NCBI GenBank assembly: GCA_963663965.2
Contig: CAXXFK010000023.1
Span: 32,001-96,000 of the forward strand
Direction: 5' to 3'
DNA: 64,000 bases
From: Sedimentisphaerales bacterium
GTDB taxonomy: Bacteria > Planctomycetota > Phycisphaerae > Sedimentisphaerales > SM23-30
Part shown: positions 31,020 through 39,349 of the stretch, in pieces
Layout: every line of letters begins with the position of its first letter
Numbering within the stretch: the first letter of the stretch is position 1
Notes under the pieces: model-generated
Database searches by the model: none
Seen by the model: only the letters and a program-made list of their open reading frames with translations
What the model was told of the DNA's origin: nothing
Position numbers and translations under genes: made by a program

Positions 31020-31200
31020 GATTGTTTCAGCCTTCTATCCGGGGTGTCCAGGTCTTCTTTTTTTACCATGGTCCCATTCCATCGTTTACGATACGGCTTA
31101 ATCTTCACGTCAGGCTCTAGACCCATCAAGTGAAACAAGGTTCCATATCGATGTCAATCAAGCAAAATCTAAGCATTCGTTAAAATCAGTCAAAGAACGG
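31020..31200 (-). ncRNA. Putative bridge/seek RNA of the IS1111-type element (boundaries approximate)
   Basis: Four short segments match the reconstructed target (TTCACT, CGTGAAGAT) and the donor junction (CATGGTA, ATAGAAG), in target-loop then donor-loop order. Confidence 0.65.
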
Positions 31201-31221
31201 TACGCGATCAAAACGTATTTT

Positions 31222-32277
31222 TTATCCGGATACGGCAGCCTTCAGCGGCGGCATCTGCCAGGGCGTCCCATCGCGCAACATCGCCCACATCCGCACAAAC
31301 AACCGCCGCGCCACCGCGATAATCGCTATCTTGGAGCGTGTCTTGCTGTCGCGCCGGATCCGCTGATACGTTTCTCGTATCCACGGATTGGTTCGCTGGC
31401 CCAGCCAGCAGATCTCCACCAGCAGACTTCGCAGCAAACGATTGCCATCCTTACTGATGCGGCCCTGCCGGTCGATCGTTCCCGATTGATACTGGCGCGG
31501 GGTCATACCGATATAGCAGCCCACCTGCTTGCAGTTCTGAAACCGGTGGGGATTATCGATTAAAGCGGCCACCGCTTCGGCCGTCCGTTCGCCCACGCCC
31601 GGAATGGTCGTGAGCAATTGCACGTGCCGGTCCGTTTGGTTCAGGGCATGCAGTTTGTTGTCGATCACCAACAACAATTCGCCCAGAGTGTGCAATAACT
31701 CCAATTCCACCCACAAGCTGCCACGCCAGAGCGCCTCCACCGGCACCTCGGCCATGGGACAGGCCAGACTCCGCAAATGGGCGATCTGTTTTTGCGACCA
31801 GCCGTTTTTGCCGGAAGGCATCGGCAGGGCCTGACGATCCAGCAGCGCCCGGATGGTGTTTTTGCATTGTGTTATTCGTTCGACGATACTTTTCCGTTCA
31901 TTAATCAAGGCCCGTTTCTCGCGCACCGCCTTACCCGGCACATAGACGGTCGGCAGATCGCCCAGTGCCGTCCGACGGGCCAGCCACAGCGCATCCTTGC
32001 GATCCGTCTTCTTTTTCAGGCGTTTACCCCGCCACTCCTCACTATTGGTATTGGCCACTCGATAATCAATCTCCAAATCATCCAATAAATCGCAGATCCA
32101 ACCAATGATACCACAGGCCTCGAAAACCACACAATCGGCCGAATGAGTCACCACCAGATCGTGAATCGCCTGCGGACGGGTGGGAATCGTCCAATATTCC
32201 TGGGCGCCGCTGCCAATTTGATAACGACACGCTACACTCTTGAATTTTCCTAAATCAATTGCCATAATAGTCTTCAT
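31222..32277 (-). CDS. IS110 family transposase/recombinase
   Basis: DEDD RuvC-like residues (AIDLG, FEAC, KTDRKDA), IPGVG, QYQSG (catalytic Ser) and RISKDGNRLLR. AGGAG RBS before ATG 32277. Confidence 0.95.
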   Translation of the reverse strand: MKTIMAIDLGKFKSVACRYQIGSGAQEYWTIPTRPQAIHDLVVTHSADCVVFEACGIIGWICDLLDDLEIDYRVANTNSEEWRGKRLKKKTDRKDALWLARRTALGDLPTVYVPGKAVREKRALINERKSIVERITQCKNTIRALLDRQALPMPSGKNGWSQKQIAHLRSLACPMAEVPVEALWRGSLWVELELLHTLGELLLVIDNKLHALNQTDRHVQLLTTIPGVGERTAEAVAALIDNPHRFQNCKQVGCYIGMTPRQYQSGTIDRQGRISKDGNRLLRSLLVEICWLGQRTNPWIRETYQRIRRDSKTRSKIAIIAVARRLFVRMWAMLRDGTPWQMPPLKAAVSG

Positions 32278-32585
32278 AGCCAGAATGCTCCTGTAAAAAG
32301 GTGTCATGAGCGCCCCCCGGGCAGCTCGTGTTCATATACAACAAATGTGCATTATAGCACGAACCACCGCAACGGGACATTCTGGCTTTCATGATATCTT
32401 CACGGTAAATAATGTATTTTGGTTTTTTGCCTTCCCCGGCTGTTCCTCCACTCTCTTCACTACCTTTAAGGGTATAGCTGGTTTATATTCTTATTCCATC
32501 CCCACCTTCAGCCGCATCCAGTTCACCTCTAAACAAAATTGTGTCATGCTACTATTTGTAAATATACAACATAATTCCCTTTGTT

Positions 32586-33374
32586 TTAATACACCGCCGC
32601 CGGCAACCGTACCGCCTGGCCGGGCGATGAATGAAGCTGTTCCGAAATCGACTCTAGAAACTGCTGAAAAACCTCCGCCGTTAGACGCTCATTCCCATAA
32701 TGATACCGGTAAATTGCGCTCATTTCCTCCGGTTTATAACGCCGGGCCGTTGTCACAATATACCGGGCCAGCCTTGGCTGTAGCGAAAAATTCAATTGTT
32801 CCGCAAGCGCCAGGGATTTTACCAGACACCGCAATGGATCCGGATTGGCTTCCAGATTGATATCGATGGATTCGTTTAAAATGGCCTCAAAAAATCCTTT
32901 GGAATAAATTGTCCGCATTCTGCCCGACCGTACAAAAAGCTGCACGGCAATTGCGTCAATATCCAGAAAAGTCGTCTTGGTATAATCCTCAAAATGCTCT
33001 CGATAACCAACCAGTCGTTGCTTAAAGGCCCAGGTCTCACTTAAGGGCCATATGTCTATTTTGTTTTGTATGACTTGAAACGAAACGCCGCCAAAGCGAT
33101 TCATTTTAGGCTGGTACGCTTTGAATAAATCCCGGATGCGTTCCGCATCATGATCGCGCACAATGATATCGATATCCCTGATTTCATTCACCCTTACCAG
33201 AACCAGCCGCCTTACCGCCCCCCCACATAAGTAAGCCGAATCCTCGCCATATTGTTCGCGAATAAATTCCAATACTGTCCTGGCGTCATCCCCCCACGAA
33301 TCGCTATTCTGAATAAAACGATTCAGGCGACTCTGCAAGCGCTGTTCTAATTGTTCGATTTTGATGCTATCCAT
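32586..33374 (-). CDS. Small class II (CCA/poly(A) polymerase head-like) nucleotidyltransferase
   Basis: YLCGGAVR...RDIDIIV (GG plus DxD), NRFGG, IDIW, TTFLDIDAIA and PDPLR. Only 262 aa. The start overlaps the dGTPase stop by 8 nt. Confidence 0.75.
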   Translation of the reverse strand: MDSIKIEQLEQRLQSRLNRFIQNSDSWGDDARTVLEFIREQYGEDSAYLCGGAVRRLVLVRVNEIRDIDIIVRDHDAERIRDLFKAYQPKMNRFGGVSFQVIQNKIDIWPLSETWAFKQRLVGYREHFEDYTKTTFLDIDAIAVQLFVRSGRMRTIYSKGFFEAILNESIDINLEANPDPLRCLVKSLALAEQLNFSLQPRLARYIVTTARRYKPEEMSAIYRYHYGNERLTAEVFQQFLESISEQLHSSPGQAVRLPAAVY

Positions 33375-34751
33375 GAGTCAGGTCTTTGTGCAGACTGCAT
33401 GCGTACGTGTCTGTCATGCCACAAATATAATCCGTTACCAGCTGCAATCGACAATAATCAGCCGGATATCTTTGCGCCTTATCTTCTATTGTCCGCTTAA
33501 ATATCTCGCGATAGTTGCTGGACATTAATTTGTAAATTTTATTTTCAAAGTTCTTTGTGTCTTTCCCCTTTTCTGAAGCCCCCCTCCAGAATAACGCCAT
33601 TAAATCATGGATCACACGGTATCCCATAATTTCCAGCTTTAAGGTCTCGGTGGATTGGTAAACATACTTTTTTCCAATGGCCTTACACGCCTTGATCAAT
33701 CCGCTGGCATCACAATCTTTATACAACTCACCATGATATTGACCGGATATCATATCCTGATAGTTCGACTGAAAGGCTCGAATGACAGAGTCTGCCAGTT
33801 TGCCAATATAAAACACACGAAATGCCTGCACGAAAGCCTCATCCTGATTTTTACCGGTCAGTTCGATATCATATTTTTTCGAGCGATCGATAAGATCTTT
33901 TGAAAGTTTTTCGCAGTCATCCAAAATTGAAGCATCAGCGTCCATCTCTTTTCTAACCAAATTAACCATTTCCTCCCAGCCAATCACACCCTTCTTAACA
34001 CCATCTTCAAGATCGACCACAGAATAAACAATATCGTCACAAGCCTCTACGATATAAGTAATCGGATTTCGATGCTTGCCCGTACCGGTCTCCTGGCGGA
34101 TCTTTTCGACTAAATCGGATTCCGTGGAAAAATAGCCAAGCGTCTTGGTCTCATGACAGGCGTCATCGATCTCCTGAGACGATGCCAGATATTTACAAGC
34201 CGCCGACATTGTCGCGCTGGTAAAATTCAATCCAAACGGATCGGCCAATATCTGTAATTTCGAAATCAGACGTACTGTCTGTGCGTTGCCATCAAAATGG
34301 GAAAAATCGCCCGCTAAGCCTTCATCATTAATGTTGATAGCATGTTTGTTTGCTCAAACCACTCCTGAATCGCCACCTCGCCGGCATGCCCGAAAGGAGG
34401 ATTACCCAGGTCGTGGATCAAACCACAGGTCGCGGCGATTGTTTTTATCGAGTCAATTTGTGCCTCTTCTGATATTTCCCCCTCCTCCAATAACCAGCGT
34501 CCAATTGCACCTGCTACATCCCGGGCAACAGTAGACACTTCCAGCGAATGAGTCAGACGGGTCCGCACCGAATCATTGGGATCTAGTGGAAACACCTGGG
34601 TTTTATCATGCAAACGACGTACTGGTGAGGAAAATACCGCCCGATCATAATCGCGATCAAATTGTGTCCGATGATCGCCGGTTTTTGCGGATGATTGTCC
34701 GGTGATTAATTCCCTGACACGCTTTATTGATAATAAAGTCTCCCATTTCAT
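33367..34751 (-). pseudogene. dgt: HD-family dNTP triphosphohydrolase (dGTPase), split by a 1-nt frameshift near 34350
   Basis: The 5' part has RRLHDKTQVFP, RTRLTHSLEV and HDLGNPPFGHAGE. The 3' part, in another frame, has FDGNAQTVR, EACDDIVY...DLEDG and DYICGMTD. Restoring one A in GAGCAAACAAACAT joins them into a ~460-aa protein. This could be a sequencing error. Confidence 0.85.
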
Positions 34752-35101
34752 CACCATAATCAAAATTCCATATTTTCTGCAAATTTCTGACTGCCAGACG
34801 AAATTCGTAATACGTTTTTCTTATTATAAATTCACACACCTCCCTTGGCAAAACAAAACTATATCCCGAAAATCAGACGCTTTCCTGCCCAATCAACTCA
34901 CCAAATTCAACCTATTTATAAGACGCCATTTAAATGACACAGTGAATATTATTTCGTTGACAAATCCCAAAAAAACACAAATCCATATATATCAGCCAGT
35001 TATTATCACATAAGTCCCATTCGACCTATTGGACCAATATTTTATAAAATTACAATCTATAATAATGTATGGTTAATTATAAAATAATTGTGAAACAATA
35101 T

Positions 35102-35130
35102 TTGACAATCAATAAACGCTGTTCTATAAT
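35102..35130 (+). promoter_or_regulatory. Consensus sigma70 promoter
   Basis: Exact TTGACA-17 bp-TATAAT, preceded by an AT-rich tract. Confidence 0.8.
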
Positions 35131-35489
35131 CCCACAGTCGCCCCAATAGCCCCTGAACCACCCGCCTGATCCAAGCGTGCTCCGCCCCAACCGGCCACGC
35201 CCGCAGAGCCTCTCTGCGCATTTTGAGGGTTATGATGCGTTCTGGGCGACCTAATTCGGGCGCGGCTTGTGGGTGCATGTTCTCGGCCCAGCGCGATCGT
35301 GTGCGAACCGGAACGAAACGAGCCGATCAGATAAGGTTGTTATAACAACACGAATGAAATGGAAATCAACAAACTAAAACAACCTGACATGCTAATTGTA
35401 AAAGCCCCGAAGATCGAAGATCCGCCTCAGGAGGAGCCGACCGTTTCTAGCCGGGGTTCGTAAGGCCCCGGTCAGCGATTGTAATTGTA

Positions 35490-36318
35490 ATGTTTTTAAC
35501 CCAAGCCTCCCCGGAGGCGTACCGACAGGATTTCGCACCGGAAGCGAAAGATAATGTAGGATGGGCAACCCCCGGATGCCCATGCCGCAGGTCCGCCGTG
35601 GCGGGCTGGTTAAATAAACCATGAGCGCAGCGAATACCAACACAAAACGAAACAAACCCAATGATAAAAATAATCGCCTTAACCTATACCACGAATTGAG
35701 TTTAACAAAAAATATAAAATCATCCGCCGAACGGCGGATACCCAAAGCAGCCCAACGGGCAAGTATAAAATAGCCCAGGGTAGAGCGAATCCCGTAAAAC
35801 GGGACGAGCGCCACCCTGGGTAACAAAACAGAATTTGAATATTTTAAACCCACGCCTCGCAGAGGCGTACCGCCAGGATATCTCGCAAAAGAGATAGATA
35901 AAACTAACCATGAGCGCAGCGAATACCAACATAAAACGAAACGAAGCCAATGACAAAAAATATCACCCTAACCCCAACAACGAAATGAGCTTAACAAAAA
36001 ATAAAAAAACATCCGCCGAACGGCGGATACCCAAAGCGGCCCAACGGGCCGGCATAAAATAGCCCAGGGCAGAGCGAATCCCGTAAAACGGGATGTGCGC
36101 CACCCTGGGTAACGAAACAGAATTTTAAATTTTAAACCCACGCCTCGCAGAGGCGTACCGCCAGGATATCTCGCAAAAGAGATAGATAAAACCAACATGA
36201 GCGCAGCGAATACCAACTTAAATCTAAACGAACCCAATGACAAAAAATATCACCATAACCTCAGCAACGAAATGAGCTTAACAAAAATTAAAAACTCATC
36301 CGCCCCAAGGCGGATACC
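35490..36318 (+). repeat. Tandem array of ~288-bp hairpin-rich units (about 2.4 copies plus a degenerate upstream part)
   Basis: ATGAGCGCAGCGAATACCAAC recurs at 35621, 35910 and 36197 (periods 289 and 287). The two full units carry the hairpins ATCCGCCGAACGGCGGAT, GCCCAACGGGC, CCCAGGG..CCCTGGG and ACGCCTCGCAGAGGCGT. Confidence 0.92.
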
Positions 36319-36373
36319 ACAATTTTGCATTTTAAATTCTAAATTTTAAATTTCTAAACAGGAGGTACCAACC

Positions 36374-37213
36374 ATGTCATCGTCACTCAGAAGACTCAGA
36401 GCCAACCGTCGTAACGCCCAGAAATCCACCGGCCCCAAAACCCCAGAGGGCAAGGCCATCTCATCGAAAAACGCCATCAAGCACGGCCTCAGCGGCCAGG
36501 ACCCCGCCCACCTCATCGTTCCCGGCGAATCCGAACTCACCTACCTCGAGTTCCGCGCCGCATTGTTGCAGGACCTCAAACCAACCACCTACCTCCAGCG
36601 CCACATCGCCGACCAGATCGTCTCGGCCGCCTGGCGACTGGAACGGATCGGCCGCATCGAAGCCGAAATGGTTGACGCCCGTGTTTATAAACTCCGGCTC
36701 ACCAACGAAGAAATCCGCAAAGACACCGTCATCGACCAGCCTTTCGCCCACTCCAGTATCTACTTACCCCGCCATAACGAAGTCGGCACCGCCTTCACCC
36801 TCGAAGTCCCCGCCTTCAACTGCCTGGCCCGCTACGAAGCCCACCTCAACCGAATCTTCCAGGCCAATCTTAAGCTCCTGCAACAGTTGCAATTACAACA
36901 AAAACCAAACGAACCCAATGCCTACCCCCCACAGTACCCATTTCCCGACTTACCCCGCGTCCACATTCCCGACCCGCCCAGAATCCCCACACACCCCAGC
37001 GAAGCCAAACTCGCCCCCGAATACATCAAAGACCGACTCCCCGAATTGATGAAAGACCACAGCGTAACTGACGACCAGGTCTTCAGTTACGCCTGCAACC
37101 GCTACGAAGCCCTCAACGATTTCGCCAACCAGAACGGCGAAGAAGCCCTCCACGCCCTCGGTATCCCCACCAAACCCCCGGCCGATATCCCCATCCAGGA
37201 GGATAAGAAATGA
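36374..37213 (+). CDS. Uncharacterised 'ANRRNAQKSTGP...NAxKHG' family protein
   Basis: AGGAGG RBS. The N-terminus RANRRNAQKSTGPKTPEGKAISSKNAIKHGL is followed by IVSAAWRLERI...E and LARYE motifs. Confidence 0.85.
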   Translation: MSSSLRRLRANRRNAQKSTGPKTPEGKAISSKNAIKHGLSGQDPAHLIVPGESELTYLEFRAALLQDLKPTTYLQRHIADQIVSAAWRLERIGRIEAEMVDARVYKLRLTNEEIRKDTVIDQPFAHSSIYLPRHNEVGTAFTLEVPAFNCLARYEAHLNRIFQANLKLLQQLQLQQKPNEPNAYPPQYPFPDLPRVHIPDPPRIPTHPSEAKLAPEYIKDRLPELMKDHSVTDDQVFSYACNRYEALNDFANQNGEEALHALGIPTKPPADIPIQEDKK

Positions 37214-37331
37214 TGTAACCCGAAACACCATAACACCATCCCAACATCAGTGGATTAATCCCACCCCATTAATCCGCCCGCATCCGTTGCGCCCACACAG
37301 AATGGATTAACCATCGGGGCCAACAGCCCCC

Positions 37332-37360
37332 TTGCCAATAGTCGCAGGATGGCTTAAAAT
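37332..37360 (+). promoter_or_regulatory. Possible sigma70 promoter of cstA
   Basis: TTGCCA-17 bp-TAAAAT. Confidence 0.4.
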
Positions 37361-37407
37361 ACGTGAACACTTGAAATGAACAAACTAAATCTGACAAAGG
37401 TAATCTA

Positions 37408-39150
37408 ATGACGACAATCCTGTTAATGCTGGGCTCGTTTGTTGGTTTTATCATCGCATACAATACCTACGGCCGCTTCCTGGCTACCCGCATCTTCAAA
37501 CTCAATCCCGACGCCCCTGTTCCCAGTCGCGAACTGACTGACGGCGTTGATTACGTTCCCAGCCGCAAAGGCGTTATCTTCGGCCACCACTTCACCAGTA
37601 TCGCCGGCACCGGCCCCATCGTTGGACCGGCCATCGGCATCATCTGGGGTTGGCTGCCCGCCCTGCTCTGGGTCTTGCTGGGCAGTATCTTCATCGGCGC
37701 CGTTCACGACTTCGGCTCGCTGGTCGTTTCCCTGCGCAACGAAGGCAAAAGCGTCTCCGAAATCGCCGCCCGCTATATCAATTCACGCGTCCGCTTCATC
37801 TTCTTCTTCATCGTCTTTCTCGCCCTGCTGATCATCATTGCCATCTTCGGCATGGTCATCGCCGTCGTCTTCAACATGTTCCCCTCCTCCGTCATTCCCG
37901 TCTGGGCTCAGATCCCCATCGCCGTCTTGCTCGGTATCGCCATCTACAAAAAGAACATCCCCGTCCTGCCCGCCACCGCCATCGCGGTCATCGCCATGTA
38001 CCTGTTCATCCTGCTTGGCGCGGTTATCGACAGCCACTGGCCCGGCAAAATCCTGATCCCCGACCTCTCCTGGATGCCGGCCACCGGTTCCTGGACGATT
38101 ATCCTGCTGATCTATGCCTTTATCGCCTCCACCCTGCCCGTAACCACCCTGTTGCAACCGCGCGATTATACCAACGCCTGGCAATTATTTGTCATGATGG
38201 CATTGCTCGTCGTGGGAGCATTGGCCTCCGGTTTAACCGGCCACCTGGAACTGGCCGCCCCCGCCATCAATACCGCCGCCACCGGCGCGCCGCCTGTCTG
38301 GCCTTTTATGTTCGTCACGATCGCCTGTGGTGCGGTCAGCGGTTTCCACTCACTCGTGGCCAGCGGCACCAGCCCCAAACAAATCTCCCGTGAACCCGAC
38401 AGCCTCTTTATCGGTTACGGCTCCATGCTCACCGAAGGCGCCCTGGCAGTATTAATCCTGGTCTGCGTTTCCGCCGGTATCGGCATGCTCTACACCACCG
38501 CCGACGGCCAGAGCCTCTCCGGCCAGGCGGCCTGGCTGCATCATTACCAATCCTGGTCCGGCGCCAGCGGTATGGGCGCCAAACTCGCCGCCGTTGTCAA
38601 TGGCGCGGCCAATATGATGCAAACCCTCCATATCCCGCTGGCAATCGGCAAAGTTCTCATGGGCGTCTTCATCGCCTCTTTCGCCGGCACCACCCTCGAT
38701 ACCGCCGTCCGCCTCCAGCGCTATATCGTCAGCGAACTGGCCGGCGACCTCAAACTCCTCCCCCTCCAAAACAAATGGAGCGCCACCTTCTTCGCCGTCC
38801 TGACCGCGGCCGGCCTGGCCTTCGTCTCCGGCGCCAACGGCAAAGGCGCCATGAAACTCTGGCCGCTGTTCGGCACGATCAATCAGCTATTGGCCGTTCT
38901 GGCCCTGCTGGTCGTCACCATGTATCTGCGCCGCCGCCCCGGCCGGGCCTGGTTGCTCACCCTGGTTCCATGCCTGTTCATGCTGATTATTACGACCTGG
39001 GCCCTCACCATTAAAATCGGAGATTTTTATCACGAAACCCAACCCAACTGGCTGCTGGTCAGCCTGGCCTCGGTCGTATTAGTCCTTGCCATCTGGATCG
39101 TGCTGGAAACCGCGATCCTGTTATTTAAACAAATACCCGACAAACATTGA
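37408..39150 (+). CDS. cstA: Carbon starvation protein A family transporter
   Basis: DGVDYVP, FGHHFTSIAGTGPIVGP, QPRDY, TIACGAVSGFHSLV, TTLDTAVRLQRY and LWPLFGTINQLL. Confidence 0.95.
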   Translation: MTTILLMLGSFVGFIIAYNTYGRFLATRIFKLNPDAPVPSRELTDGVDYVPSRKGVIFGHHFTSIAGTGPIVGPAIGIIWGWLPALLWVLLGSIFIGAVHDFGSLVVSLRNEGKSVSEIAARYINSRVRFIFFFIVFLALLIIIAIFGMVIAVVFNMFPSSVIPVWAQIPIAVLLGIAIYKKNIPVLPATAIAVIAMYLFILLGAVIDSHWPGKILIPDLSWMPATGSWTIILLIYAFIASTLPVTTLLQPRDYTNAWQLFVMMALLVVGALASGLTGHLELAAPAINTAATGAPPVWPFMFVTIACGAVSGFHSLVASGTSPKQISREPDSLFIGYGSMLTEGALAVLILVCVSAGIGMLYTTADGQSLSGQAAWLHHYQSWSGASGMGAKLAAVVNGAANMMQTLHIPLAIGKVLMGVFIASFAGTTLDTAVRLQRYIVSELAGDLKLLPLQNKWSATFFAVLTAAGLAFVSGANGKGAMKLWPLFGTINQLLAVLALLVVTMYLRRRPGRAWLLTLVPCLFMLIITTWALTIKIGDFYHETQPNWLLVSLASVVLVLAIWIVLETAILLFKQIPDKH

Positions 39151-39349
39151 CCCCGCCGCCCGTCCTATAAAAAAAATGCCCTTGAATATCAACGGTCATC
39201 CGAAAACTTCAATACTCGGCCGTCCGATATAATTGCGGTCTATGGCCCTGATAATAAGCCCATAAGATACCGGTGCCATATTCCTGATATTACTAGTTTA
39301 TTTAACAATGACTTATGCCGATATTCAGGCTAACTGACGTAAAGTTGTT

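Larger units (their letters stand above)
30758..32397 (-). mobile_element. IS110-family insertion sequence, IS1111-type (sub-terminal IRs, long 3' non-coding end)
   Basis: Sub-terminal IRs ATGAAGCCAGA (30763-30773) and TCTGGCTTTCAT (32381-32392). TATCTTC occurs at both junctions (30755-61, 32395-401). A ~460-bp non-coding region follows the transposase. Joining the ends creates TTGACC-17-TATCAT. Confidence 0.85.

Noticed and set aside
30754..31138. Small ORFs in the IS 3' end
   Set aside because: No recognisable protein features. The region is better explained as the IS non-coding end with guide segments and hairpins.
32586..33374. Housekeeping cca/pcnB, or a CBASS CD-NTase
   Set aside because: It is too short and diverged for cca/pcnB. 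The GGAVR-type motif is class II, not the GS..DxD pattern of CD-NTases.
34340..34360. Programmed ribosomal frameshift in the dGTPase
   Set aside because: No X-XXY-YYZ slippery site or obvious stimulatory structure.
35392..36243. Minus-strand ORFs (153, 78, 91 aa) across the repeat array
   Set aside because: They are by-products of the repeats. Starts and stops differ between near-identical units and there is no RBS.
35490..36318. CRISPR array
   Set aside because: Units are ~288 bp and similar along their whole length. There are no unique spacers and no cas genes.
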